A stretch of DNA of 64,000 nucleotides from the NCBI GenBank assembly GCA_963707635.1, contig OY970173.1, positions 1,952,001 through 2,016,000 on the forward strand. The letters are read 5' to 3'. This DNA comes from Candidatus Latescibacterota bacterium (GTDB lineage: Bacteria; Krumholzibacteriota; Krumholzibacteriia; WVZY01; JAKEHA01). The notes under the pieces are model-generated. The model saw only the letters and a program-made list of their open reading frames with translations, did no database searches and was not told the origin of the DNA. Both the position numbers and the translations under genes were made by a program. Below are positions 28,718 through 38,158 of the stretch, piece by piece (position 1 is the stretch's first letter; each line of letters begins with the position of its first letter).

Positions 28718-31009
28718 GTGTCACGTAACATAATGAAAAAACGTAAAATACGTTGTGCGATCCTCAGCGGTGGGGAGGGGGACCTCTACGTGTTCGGCGA
28801 GATCCACAAGCGCCGGGACGTCGAGATCGCATTCGTCTACGACCGCAATCCTGCCGCCGTCGCCCTGGAAATCGCCGAGATCCTGCACGTACCACGCGTC
28901 ACCCGGCCCGAGGACATCGCCGCCTACCTGCCGCTCGACTGCCTGGTGGTCGGCGAGCCACGCGACCGCTTCGCCGAGGAGCTCACCCTCCTCGCCAACG
29001 TCGAGGTACTCGACCACACAGAGGCACTCGCCCGTTTTGGACGCCCGGCCCCGACGCCGTCCGAATCGACGGCGGGCGCGGTGGCCGACGTCCCGTACAC
29101 CATCGAGGACGCGCTGGCCGGGTTCGAACGCCTGTTCGACCGCAAGCGGCTGCTCAAGTTTCTGCTCGACGTGGCGGTCGAAACCACCGGCGCGTCCAAC
29201 GGGTCGATCATGCTCTACTCGTCCGAGGCGCGCGAGCTGTACATCGCGTACGCCACCGGGCTGAGCGAGCGCGTCGTGCGCAACACCCGGCAGAAGATCG
29301 GCGAAGGCATCGCGGGCAGCGTCGCCCAGGAACGCAAAGGCAAGCTCATCCGCCAGGCCGCGGTGGGAACGCACTACCGCTCCGACCGCGACCGGGTCAA
29401 CATCTCGTCGGCCTGCTCGGTCCCGCTGATCGAGGACGACCGCCTGCTCGGCGTGTTGAATGTTTCCTCGACCGGCAGCGGGCGGGAGTTGTCGGCCGGC
29501 GATCTCGAGACGCTCGAGCGCTTGAGCCGGCGCATGGCGCGTGTGCTCTCCGAGTCGCTCAAGCTCCAGGAAATCCAGCTTCGCTCCGGCGAAATGAACC
29601 TGCGCCAGTCCGTGGGCGAGCTGGTGGAGAAGCCGGGGAGCACGCCGGAGAAGTTCGCGCTCCTGTCCGCGCTGGTGGCGGAGCTCACCGGGGCGGAGTC
29701 GGTGGAGGTTTTCATCAGCACCCACAGCGGGGACTGGCTCGTGCTGGGCGGCTCCAACCGCCGTCTGTCCACGACGCCGGATTTCGTGCGCGTCGGCAAG
29801 GGAGCGATGGCGCGCGCGTACCTGGAGCGGCGCACCATCATCCTCACCGAACCCGTGGACCCGCAGAGCGGGGCGTTGGCCTCCTCGTTCGTATTCGTCC
29901 CCCTGGCGCTGGGGGAGAGCCTCGGGGTCGCCACCATCGAATTCGCCGAGCGCCATCGCCTCGACGGTTTCCTCGCGGTCAAGGACTCGATCGCCCTGGA
30001 GCTCTCGCGGTTCATCGCGTCCGAGCGTCGCGAGCGGCGCCTGCGCAGCGAACTCACCGCGCTGGCCCGTATCTCGGAGTCCGCGCCCGCGATCCTCTCG
30101 TGCCGGGCGTTGCAGGACCTCTCCGACGTGGTGGCGCGGACCATCGTGGACGCACTCGAGTGCGAGCGCGCGTCGGTGCGCCTGCGCTCCGGAGGTGCGG
30201 GGGGATGGACGGTCGCGTACTACGACGCGGCAGGACGGCCGGAGGCGTCGTGGAGCGAGGAAGACGAGGAGCGCTTCGAGAAGCTCGACAAGAAGCGGGC
30301 CGCGTATCACCTGGACTTTCTCGACGTCGCTTCCGGCCGCGGCGAGCACACGCACGGCCACCACTCGGTGCTCGCGGTCCCGATCCGTTCCGGCGACGAG
30401 CTGCTGGGCGGGATCATCACCTATGACAAACGCGCGAGCACGGCGGTGGAGGACGCGGTGTTCTCCTCCCACGACGAGAGCATCATCGACCAGGTCATCG
30501 CCATGGTGCTGCCGACGGCGCGCTCGCTTTCGTCCGGAGACGCGAGCGCGCGCCCGTCGTACGACGACATCCTCGCGGGCAACGGGCACCGGCTCTCGCG
30601 CGTGACCGACGCGGAGATGTCGCGCGCGGATCGTTACCACCAGCCGTTCGCGCTGCTGATGCTGCGCGTACCCATGCTCTCGTCTCTCTTCGCGGCGGAC
30701 GAGCCGCGGGCCCTGGCGGCCTCGGACGAGATTCGCCAGGGAATCCAGACCCGCACGCGCAAGAGCGACTACGGCGCGTGGATTCGCCGCGACACCTACG
30801 CGCTGGTGTCGCTCGAGGGAACGCGGCGCATCAAGTTTCTGGTGTCCCGGCTCGTGGCCTACCTTAAGAAGGATCTCGGCAAGTTCGGGACCGCGATCGG
30901 ACCCGCGGACGTGGAGATCGGCATCGCGGTCTACCCGGGCGCGTCGCGCTCCGCGGAAGCGCTCTTCGACGAAGCCATCGCCGCGCTCAAACCCCACGCG
31001 GCGGATTAG
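28718..31009 (+). CDS. Multi-GAF signalling protein with N-terminal Rossmann-like and C-terminal degenerate GGDEF domains
   Basis: GSIMLYS...GEGIAGSVA...CSVPL..DDRLLGVLNV (GAF) plus two further GAF-like blocks; EMSRADRYHQPFALLML, RKSD and IGIAVYP in the GGDEF fold. Start may be ATG 28733. Confidence 0.8.
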   Translation: MSRNIMKKRKIRCAILSGGEGDLYVFGEIHKRRDVEIAFVYDRNPAAVALEIAEILHVPRVTRPEDIAAYLPLDCLVVGEPRDRFAEELTLLANVEVLDHTEALARFGRPAPTPSESTAGAVADVPYTIEDALAGFERLFDRKRLLKFLLDVAVETTGASNGSIMLYSSEARELYIAYATGLSERVVRNTRQKIGEGIAGSVAQERKGKLIRQAAVGTHYRSDRDRVNISSACSVPLIEDDRLLGVLNVSSTGSGRELSAGDLETLERLSRRMARVLSESLKLQEIQLRSGEMNLRQSVGELVEKPGSTPEKFALLSALVAELTGAESVEVFISTHSGDWLVLGGSNRRLSTTPDFVRVGKGAMARAYLERRTIILTEPVDPQSGALASSFVFVPLALGESLGVATIEFAERHRLDGFLAVKDSIALELSRFIASERRERRLRSELTALARISESAPAILSCRALQDLSDVVARTIVDALECERASVRLRSGGAGGWTVAYYDAAGRPEASWSEEDEERFEKLDKKRAAYHLDFLDVASGRGEHTHGHHSVLAVPIRSGDELLGGIITYDKRASTAVEDAVFSSHDESIIDQVIAMVLPTARSLSSGDASARPSYDDILAGNGHRLSRVTDAEMSRADRYHQPFALLMLRVPMLSSLFAADEPRALAASDEIRQGIQTRTRKSDYGAWIRRDTYALVSLEGTRRIKFLVSRLVAYLKKDLGKFGTAIGPADVEIGIAVYPGASRSAEALFDEAIAALKPHAAD

Positions 31010-31068
31010 CTCGGGCACCCCCGGCGCCGGTTATCCCCACAATTCCATCGCCCGCCCCGAAGCTTTCG

Positions 31069-31097
31069 TTGCCCGCGCCGGAGGCCCGTGCTAATGT
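31069..31097 (+). promoter_or_regulatory. sigma70-type promoter of mutL-miaA
   Basis: TTGCCC-N17-TAATGT with TG at the extended -10 position. Confidence 0.55.
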
Positions 31098-31128
31098 GTT
31101 CCACGGTTACGCGCAACTGGAGCTATAA

Positions 31129-32979
31129 ATGGCTGTCATTCGCACACTTCCAGACGACGTCGCGCGCCGCATCGCCGCGGGCGAGGTGGTGGAGCGCCCC
31201 GCCTCGGTGGTCAAGGAACTGCTCGAGAATGCGATCGACGCAGGCGCGCAGACGATCACGGTGACCACCGCCGGCGGCGGGGAAGCGCTGATCGAAGTCC
31301 ACGACGACGGCAGCGGCATGTCGCGCGAAGACGTCGAGCTGGCGCCGCGCAATTTCTCGACCAGCAAGATTCGCGACGCGGACGACCTGCAGCGCATCGC
31401 CACCTACGGGTTTCGCGGGGAGGCCCTCGCCAGTATCTCGGCGGTGTCGCGCTTCGAGTTGATATCGAGCGATAGCGGCGACGGCGAGGGTTGGCGCGTG
31501 CGCATCGAAGGGAAGGACGCGGTCGTGAGCGAGCCCGCGCCGCACGAGCGCGGCACCACGGTGCGGGTGCGCGACCTCTTCTTCAACACGCCGGCGCGCA
31601 AGCGCTTCCTGCGCTCGTCGGTCACGGAGCGCAAGCGCATCCTGGAGACGATTCTCTCCTTCGCGCTCATCCTGCCCGAGATCGAGATTCATTTCGTCGA
31701 CGACGGCCGCCAGGTGCTCGACCTCCTCCCCGCACCCGGGTGGCGCGAGCGGGTTGCAGCGGTGCTCGGCAACGAGGTCATGCCCCACATGGTCGAGGTC
31801 GAGGGCGGTTCCGGTCCGATGCGCGTGACGGGGTTCGTGAGCCTGCCGACCCACACCCGCGCCAATCGCTTCAGCCAGTTTTTCTTCGTGAACCGGCGCG
31901 CGGTACGCGAACGCACGCTCGTGCATGCGCTGCAGGACGCGTATCGCAACGTGATCCCCTACAAGCGCTACCCGGTGGCGGTGCTGTCCGTCGAGATGCC
32001 GGCGGAAGAGGTCGACGTCAACGTGCACCCGAGCAAGCTCGAAGTGCGGGTGCGCAACGAACGGGTGGTGTTCGCCGCCGTGCGCGGCGCGGTCAAGTCC
32101 GCGCTCACGTCGCGCAGCGAGACGGTGATGGCGGTGGGCATGGGTGGCGCGCATGCGCACGAGGCGGGGCACGCGGTGGCCGACGTGGCGATCGCGGCGG
32201 CGTGGCCGGCTCGCCCCGCCCGCGAGGAACGCGCGGCGCCGTCGATGTTCCATGCGCTGCCGGGGGCGGAGTCGCGTATTCGCGACGCATTTGCGGACTA
32301 CGAATCGAACAAGCCGGTGCGCGGGCCGTGGCCGGCGGGTGCCGCGGAGGCGGCGCCGACGGAGCGCGCGGGCGCGACGATGCCGGAAGAAGTCGCGCGC
32401 GCGGCGCCGGGCGACGACGCGCTGTACTGGCAGTTCAACCAGACCTTCATTTTCATCCAGGTGCGCGGCGGTGTGGTGGTCATAGACCAGCACGCGGCTC
32501 ACGAACGCATCCTGTTCGACCTGGGCATGCGGCGGCTGGAGGACACGGCGCCACCGTCGCAGCAGATTCTCTTCAGCATCCCGGTCGAATTGTCGTTGCG
32601 CGAACTCGAGGTATTCCGCTCCTCGCGCGAGGTGTTCCACAAGCTGGGATTCACGCTGGAGCCGTTCGGCGGAATGAGCATTCTGGTGCGCGGGTACCCG
32701 CAGGGGCTGAAGAACTGGTCCGACGGGCGTCTGCTGCTGCAGATATTCGACGACATCATCGCGGATCGGGCCCCGGGGAACACGCTCACCGAGAAGCTGG
32801 TGGCGAGTTACGCGTGCCGCAGCGCCATCAAGGCCGGGCAGCGTCTCTCCGTGGAAGAGATGAAACTCCTCGCCGACCAGCTGTTTGCGGTCGACAATCC
32901 GTATTCGTGCCCGCACGGGCGTCCCACCATCCACCGCCTGTCGCTCGACGAAATCGAGCGCTGGTTCCACCGCCGCTGA
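31129..32979 (+). CDS. mutL: DNA mismatch repair endonuclease MutL
   Basis: IAAGEVVERPASVVKELLENAIDAGA, GFRGEALASI, and endonuclease motifs DQHAAHER, ACRSAIK and CPHGRP. Confidence 0.99.
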   Translation: MAVIRTLPDDVARRIAAGEVVERPASVVKELLENAIDAGAQTITVTTAGGGEALIEVHDDGSGMSREDVELAPRNFSTSKIRDADDLQRIATYGFRGEALASISAVSRFELISSDSGDGEGWRVRIEGKDAVVSEPAPHERGTTVRVRDLFFNTPARKRFLRSSVTERKRILETILSFALILPEIEIHFVDDGRQVLDLLPAPGWRERVAAVLGNEVMPHMVEVEGGSGPMRVTGFVSLPTHTRANRFSQFFFVNRRAVRERTLVHALQDAYRNVIPYKRYPVAVLSVEMPAEEVDVNVHPSKLEVRVRNERVVFAAVRGAVKSALTSRSETVMAVGMGGAHAHEAGHAVADVAIAAAWPARPAREERAAPSMFHALPGAESRIRDAFADYESNKPVRGPWPAGAAEAAPTERAGATMPEEVARAAPGDDALYWQFNQTFIFIQVRGGVVVIDQHAAHERILFDLGMRRLEDTAPPSQQILFSIPVELSLRELEVFRSSREVFHKLGFTLEPFGGMSILVRGYPQGLKNWSDGRLLLQIFDDIIADRAPGNTLTEKLVASYACRSAIKAGQRLSVEEMKLLADQLFAVDNPYSCPHGRPTIHRLSLDEIERWFHRR

Positions 32980-32999
32980 CCTTTCCTCGGGAGGCCGGG

Positions 33000-33965
33000 T
33001 TGCACGCGCGTGCAGATGCCTCCGCCATTCGCGCCGTGGCGATACTCGGCGCGACCGCCACCGGAAAATCCGACCTCGCGGTAGACCTCGCGCGCGCGTT
33101 CGACGGCGAAATCGTGTCGATGGACTCGCGCCAGGTCTACCGGGGGCTGGACATCGGGACGGGCAAGGCGAGCGTGGCGGCGCGCCGCGGCGTGCCCCAC
33201 CACCTGATCGACATTCTGGACCCGGCCGAGCCGGTCAGCGCGGGCTTGCACGCGGCGCTCGCCGGGGCCTGCGTGCGCGCGATCGCGGCTCGCGGCCAGG
33301 TGCCGATTCTCGCCGGCGGCACGGGGCTCTACTTTCGGGCCCTCTTCGGCGGGCTGGTCGCGGTGTCGATCCCGCGCGAGCGTCTGGCGGTGATTCGCGA
33401 ATCGTTTTTCGGGCGCGCCACCCCCGCGTTGCACGCGGAGCTCGCCGCGCGGGACCCGGTCCGCGCGGGCGAGCTCTCGCCCAACGACCGGGTTCGGATT
33501 ACCCGCGCCCTCGAGCTGATCGCGTACAGCGGTGTCCGCGCGAGCGATCTCTACCGGCGCCAGAGCGCGAGTGCCGACCGTTCGTCCGACGTGGTCTATT
33601 TGAAGATCGTGCTCACGATGCCGCGTGAGGCGCTGCGCGAACGCGTGGCAGAGCGCACGCGCGAATTGTTCGACGCCGGCTGGCCGGGCGAGGTCGCGCG
33701 GCTCCTCGCGCGCGGCGTGCCGGTGGGCGCCCCCGCGATGAGGAGCCTGGGCTACGCGGAGCTGGCCGCGGCACTCGGCGCGGGTGAGCCGCCGGAGAGC
33801 CGCTTCGAGCGCATCGTGACGGCCACACGGCAGTACGCGAAACGCCAGGAAACCTTCTTCCGCAGCGAACCGGACGCGGTCTGGATCGACGTGACCACGC
33901 CCGGGGCGAAGCGGGAAGCGCAGCGTCTGGTCGCGGCATTTCTGGGCCGCCCGGAGGCTCAATAA
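33000..33965 (+). CDS. miaA: tRNA dimethylallyltransferase
   Basis: GATATGKS, DSRQVYRGLDIGTGK, PHHLID, GGTGLY and TRQYAKRQ. TTG start after GGAGG. Confidence 0.97.
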   Translation: MHARADASAIRAVAILGATATGKSDLAVDLARAFDGEIVSMDSRQVYRGLDIGTGKASVAARRGVPHHLIDILDPAEPVSAGLHAALAGACVRAIAARGQVPILAGGTGLYFRALFGGLVAVSIPRERLAVIRESFFGRATPALHAELAARDPVRAGELSPNDRVRITRALELIAYSGVRASDLYRRQSASADRSSDVVYLKIVLTMPREALRERVAERTRELFDAGWPGEVARLLARGVPVGAPAMRSLGYAELAAALGAGEPPESRFERIVTATRQYAKRQETFFRSEPDAVWIDVTTPGAKREAQRLVAAFLGRPEAQ

Positions 33966-33969
33966 CAAC

Positions 33970-33998
33970 TTGACACGTATTGTCTAACATGGTTTCAT
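33970..33998 (+). promoter_or_regulatory. sigma70-type promoter of tRNA-Gly and the downstream der operon
   Basis: TTGACA-N17-TTTCAT with TG extension, in an AT-rich patch. Confidence 0.6.
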
Positions 33999-34015
33999 AT
34001 CAACTTGTTAGAGGG

Positions 34016-34091
34016 GCGGGCATAACTCAGTTGGTAGAGTATCAGCTTCCCAAGCTGAAGGTCGCGGGTTCGAGTCCCGTTGCCCGCTCCA
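34016..34091 (+). tRNA. tRNA-Gly(CCC)
   Basis: Acceptor GCGGGCA/TGCCCGC, anticodon arm TCAGC-tt-CCC-aa-GCTGA, GGTTCGAGTCC, encoded CCA. Confidence 0.98.
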
Positions 34092-34105
34092 TCACTCATT
34101 TCCGC

Positions 34106-34831
34106 ATGCGACGCGCGCACCGCATCCCCGGCCGAATGGTGGTAATCGCGAGCCTCGTCCTGGCGGCCTGCGGGCCCGGCGCGGACCTTGCCCCGCGCGG
34201 CGACCTCGACCACGCGATCGAGCAGTTCGTGGCGGGCGAGTACCGGTCCGCGATCGCCGGCTTCGAGCAGGCCCTCGCCGCTACCGAGGACGACGCCGTG
34301 CGCCGCGAGGCGTACACGTACCTGGGGCGGGCGCACATGGCGCTGGGCGAGACCGACGAGGCGGTCACGTCGTTCACGATGGGGGCACGCTACGGCGACC
34401 GCGGCGTGTGCGTCGCGTACCTCGAAACGCTCAAGCAGTACGTCGGCGGATCGCCGAAGAGCCTGCACATCAGCGAGGCGCTCACGCGTTCGCAGCTGGC
34501 GATCGCGATCCTGCGGATCATGGACGGCGGCGCCGACGCGAAGAAGAGTCTCGACGCGAGCGCGCCGACGCCGATCCGGACGCTCGAAGCCCGGCACTGG
34601 ATGGCGCCGCTCGCGGACGGCGCCGATCACCCCGACGCCGCCGTCACGCCGGCCGCGCTGTACGTGATCGTGGCGCGGATTCTTGCCGACGCAAAACTCT
34701 CCGGCCGCGTGCACGAGGTGATGCCGGCCGGATACCGGGCGGCGCTGGGGGATACACGCGCGGTGTCGGGCGCCGAAGCACTGGCGGTGCTGGAGCGGAC
34801 CCGGAGTCTCAAGGAACAGCATGGCCGATAG
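34106..34831 (+). CDS. Putative TPR lipoprotein, possibly with SLH-like C-terminal motifs
   Basis: Lipobox LAAC, TPR-like AIEQFVAGEYRSAIAGFEQAL and AYTYLGRAHMALGE; LTRSQLA and PDAAVTPAAL resemble SLH ends. Start could be 34136. Confidence 0.65.
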   Translation: MRRAHRIPGRMVVIASLVLAACGPGADLAPRGDLDHAIEQFVAGEYRSAIAGFEQALAATEDDAVRREAYTYLGRAHMALGETDEAVTSFTMGARYGDRGVCVAYLETLKQYVGGSPKSLHISEALTRSQLAIAILRIMDGGADAKKSLDASAPTPIRTLEARHWMAPLADGADHPDAAVTPAALYVIVARILADAKLSGRVHEVMPAGYRAALGDTRAVSGAEALAVLERTRSLKEQHGR

Positions 34832-36137
34832 AGCGCTCGAAATCGTTTCCATCAAGGACCCGGCGGACTTCGGGTTGGACCCGGGGATCCTTGCGGTCGG
34901 CGACCGTGTTCTCGAGGTGGCGGGCGAGACCGCGCAGGACCAGCTCGACTTCCATTTTCACGCCTCGCGCGGCAAGACGGTGGCGATCAAGGTCGAGCGC
35001 CGCGACGGACGCGTCGAAGACATCGTGCTGCCGACCGCGGCCGTGGCCGGGTTGGAAATCTGGTTCGAGGCCATGGATTTTCGCCGCTGCCGCTGCAAGT
35101 GCCCGTTCTGCTTCGTGGACCAGATGCCGAAGGGTATGCGCGATTCGCTGTACGTGAAGGACGAAGACTTCCGTTTGAGTTTTCTATACGGGAACTTCAC
35201 CACCATGAACGACATGACGGACGCCGAAATCGAGAAGATCGTCGTCCAGAAGAACTCGCCGCAGTGGGTGTCGGTGCACGTCATCGACGAGGGCATGCGC
35301 CGGTTCATCTTCGGCCGCCCCATGCGGCGCCGCATCGTGGAGACGCTGCGGCTGCTGGCGGAGGGCGGGATCACCGTCCACACCCAGGCCGTGATCGTGC
35401 CGGGCAAGAACGACGGCGATTATCTGCGCGAGACCATCGCCACGCTGGAGGCGATTCACCCGAACATCGCCACCCTGGCGGTGGTGCCGGTGGGGCTCAC
35501 CCGGCACCGGTCGGGGCTGTCGTCGATTCGCTCTTACCGCGACGAGGAGATGGGTGCGGTGATCGACCTCGTGGAGCCGTTTCGGCGGCGCTTCCTCGAC
35601 TCGCGCGGGAGTCGCTTCGTGTTTGCGAGCGACGAATGGTACGTCGGCGCCGCGCGGGACGTCCCGGAGTTCGACGCCTATGAGGGGTTCCCGCAGCTCG
35701 ACAACGGCGTCGGCAGCATCCGGCAGTTCCTCTACGACCTCGACGACGATCTGGAGGGGACCACGCTTCCGGCGGACCTCGGCGGGGTGCGCATCGCGAC
35801 CGGATCGCTGGCGGCGCGCGTGTTCGAGCGCCACCTCTTTCCGCGGCTGCGCGCGCGCGGAGTCGAGGTGGTGCCGGAGATCGTGCGGGTCGACAACGAG
35901 TTCTTCGGACCGCTGGTGACGTGCTCGGGTCTTCTGGTCGGGCGCGACATCGTCGCCGCCGTGCGCGCGGCGGGCGACGCGAAGCCCACGCTCATCCCGC
36001 CCAACTGTTTAAACTATGACGCCGTGACCATCGACGAAATGTCGATCGCCGACCTCTCCCGCGAGGTGGGGGCGATGGTGGCGGCGCCGGACTCGCTGGC
36101 CGACGCCCTGTGCGAAGCGGCGGAGGCGGCGCGATGA
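34821..36137 (+). CDS. DUF512 PDZ/radical-SAM-like Fe-S protein
   Basis: N-terminal PDZ-like segment, CRCKCPFCFVDQMPKGMRDSLYVKDEDFRLSFLYGNF, VVPVGLTR and YEGFPQLDNGVG. Confidence 0.92.
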   Translation: MADRALEIVSIKDPADFGLDPGILAVGDRVLEVAGETAQDQLDFHFHASRGKTVAIKVERRDGRVEDIVLPTAAVAGLEIWFEAMDFRRCRCKCPFCFVDQMPKGMRDSLYVKDEDFRLSFLYGNFTTMNDMTDAEIEKIVVQKNSPQWVSVHVIDEGMRRFIFGRPMRRRIVETLRLLAEGGITVHTQAVIVPGKNDGDYLRETIATLEAIHPNIATLAVVPVGLTRHRSGLSSIRSYRDEEMGAVIDLVEPFRRRFLDSRGSRFVFASDEWYVGAARDVPEFDAYEGFPQLDNGVGSIRQFLYDLDDDLEGTTLPADLGGVRIATGSLAARVFERHLFPRLRARGVEVVPEIVRVDNEFFGPLVTCSGLLVGRDIVAAVRAAGDAKPTLIPPNCLNYDAVTIDEMSIADLSREVGAMVAAPDSLADALCEAAEAAR

Positions 36138-37534
36138 AACGCCCCGCGGTGGTCGCCATTGTCGGCCGGCCCAACGTGGGCAAGTCGACGCTCTTCAACC
36201 GGCTCACGGTGGCGCGCCGGGCGATCGTGCACGCCACCCCCGGGGTCACGCGCGACGTCCAGCGCGGGGTCGCCGAGTGGTGCGGCCACTCGTTCGAGCT
36301 GATCGACACCGGCGGGCTCTTCTCGGGAATCGACGACCCGCTGGTCGACCAGGTCGAGGCCCGCGCATTGCGAGAGGCGCGGGAGGCCGACGTCATCCTG
36401 CTGGTGGTGGACGCCGAGAGCGGCCTGATCCCGACCGATTTCGACGTGGCGGAGCAGGTCCGCGCCTCCGGCGTTCCGGCCCTGCTGGTGGTCAACAAGA
36501 CCGAGGGACCGACCAGCCAACGCGCCGCGGGCGAGTTCCACCGGCTCGGGTTCGAACAGTTCTACGAGATCAGCGCGATTCACGGCGACGGCACCGGCGA
36601 CCTCCTCGACGACGTCGTGAAGCTCCTGCCGCGTTCCGCGGCGCGCGACCTGCACGCGGACCTGCGCCTGGCCATTGCCGGCGTTCCCAACGTCGGGAAA
36701 TCCAGCCTGGTGAACGCGATCGTGGGCGCGGAAGCGACCATCGTGGACTCGCGCCCGGGGACGACGCGGGATTCCATCGACGTCTCGCTCGCGTGGCGCA
36801 AGAAGCGGATCACGCTGGTCGATACCGCGGGCATCAAGCGCAAGGCCAAGACAAAGGAGGACCTCGACCTGCTGAGCACCGTCAAGAGTCTGGAGTCGAT
36901 CCAGCGATGCGACGTCGCGGTGGTGATGCTGGACGCGTCGCGCACGATTTCCAACCAGGACATCAAGGTGGCGAGCTATCCGCACAACGCTGCGCGGGGC
37001 GTGGTGGTGTGCTTCAACAAGTGGGACACGGTCAAGAAGGCCGATCGCACCTACGCGGAAATCGAGCGCGAGTTCCGCCGGCGCTGCGGGTTCTTGAACT
37101 ACGCGCCGGTGCTGTTCATCTCGGCGAAGGAGAATCAGCGCGTGGCGAAGGTGATCGAGACGGCGTGGCGCATCAAAGAGGAGCGCGAACGCCGGATCCC
37201 GACCGCGGAGCTCAATCGATTCCTGGTGAAGCTCGTCGCCCAGAACCCGCCGCCGTTTCACTCGGGCGGCAACGGCAAGATTCTGTACGGAACCCAGGTC
37301 GACGTGGCGCCGCCCACGTTCACCCTGTTCGTCAACCGCGCCGTCTTTTTCGGCCGGTACTATCTGCGCTTTCTCAACAATCGCATTCGGGAGCAGTTCG
37401 GATTCGAGGGGACGCTGATCCGGATCGAACTGGCGGAGCGGCGCGAGGTGCGCAAGTCGGAAACGCCACGGGCCCGGCCGACGCGGCGCGCCCGAATGAA
37501 ACGCGGCGAGCGCCGCAAGCGGGTGGCGACGTGA
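36134..37534 (+). CDS. der: Ribosome biogenesis GTPase Der
   Basis: Two G domains (GRPNVGKSTLFN/DTGG/NKTE and GVPNVGKSS/DTAG/NKWD) and a C-terminal KH-like domain. Confidence 0.98.
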   Translation: MKRPAVVAIVGRPNVGKSTLFNRLTVARRAIVHATPGVTRDVQRGVAEWCGHSFELIDTGGLFSGIDDPLVDQVEARALREAREADVILLVVDAESGLIPTDFDVAEQVRASGVPALLVVNKTEGPTSQRAAGEFHRLGFEQFYEISAIHGDGTGDLLDDVVKLLPRSAARDLHADLRLAIAGVPNVGKSSLVNAIVGAEATIVDSRPGTTRDSIDVSLAWRKKRITLVDTAGIKRKAKTKEDLDLLSTVKSLESIQRCDVAVVMLDASRTISNQDIKVASYPHNAARGVVVCFNKWDTVKKADRTYAEIEREFRRRCGFLNYAPVLFISAKENQRVAKVIETAWRIKEERERRIPTAELNRFLVKLVAQNPPPFHSGGNGKILYGTQVDVAPPTFTLFVNRAVFFGRYYLRFLNNRIREQFGFEGTLIRIELAERREVRKSETPRARPTRRARMKRGERRKRVAT

Positions 37535-38154
37535 CCCCGGTGTTGCTGACGGCGCTGGCGGGCTACCTGGTCGGCGGGATTCCGTTCAGCTATGTCGCGG
37601 GCCGCATGCGGGGCCTCGACCTGCGCCGGCACGGGAGTGGAAACCTGGGCGCGTCGAATACCTACCGGATCCTCGGTGGGCGGATCGCGCTGGCGGTGCT
37701 CGTGCTCGACGTCGCCAAGGGACTTGGTCCGGTGCTGGTCGCGAAGCAATTCGACGCGCCGGGGAGCGCGCCGGTTCACGCGCTCGCGGCGGCGGCCGGG
37801 GCGATTCTCGGCCACCTCTTTTCGCCGTATCTCAAGTTTTCGGGCGGAAAGGGAATCGCCACCAGCGCGGGCGCGTTTGCCGGCCTCACGCCGTGGGCCT
37901 TCGCCTGCGCGCTGACCGTGTTTGCGGCCGTGTTTGCGGCGCGCCGGATCGTCTCGCTCGCGAGTCTGTGCGGCGCGATCACGCTTCCGCTCGGGGTGTG
38001 GCTGGCGGAGCGCGCGGGACTGGCCGAACCGCACGCGTCCCTGCTCTGGGTCACCACCTTGGTGATGCTGGTCGTGGTTTTCAAGCACCGCGGGAATATC
38101 CGCCGTTTGCTCGCCGGCACCGAACCCGCGCTCGCGCGCCGCAAGGACGGGTGA
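37531..38154 (+). CDS. plsY: Glycerol-3-phosphate acyltransferase PlsY
   Basis: GYLVGGIPF, DLRRHGSGNLGASN, FSGGKGIAT and KHRGNIRRLLAGTE. Confidence 0.97.
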   Translation: MTPVLLTALAGYLVGGIPFSYVAGRMRGLDLRRHGSGNLGASNTYRILGGRIALAVLVLDVAKGLGPVLVAKQFDAPGSAPVHALAAAAGAILGHLFSPYLKFSGGKGIATSAGAFAGLTPWAFACALTVFAAVFAARRIVSLASLCGAITLPLGVWLAERAGLAEPHASLLWVTTLVMLVVVFKHRGNIRRLLAGTEPALARRKDG

Positions 38155-38158
38155 GCGC

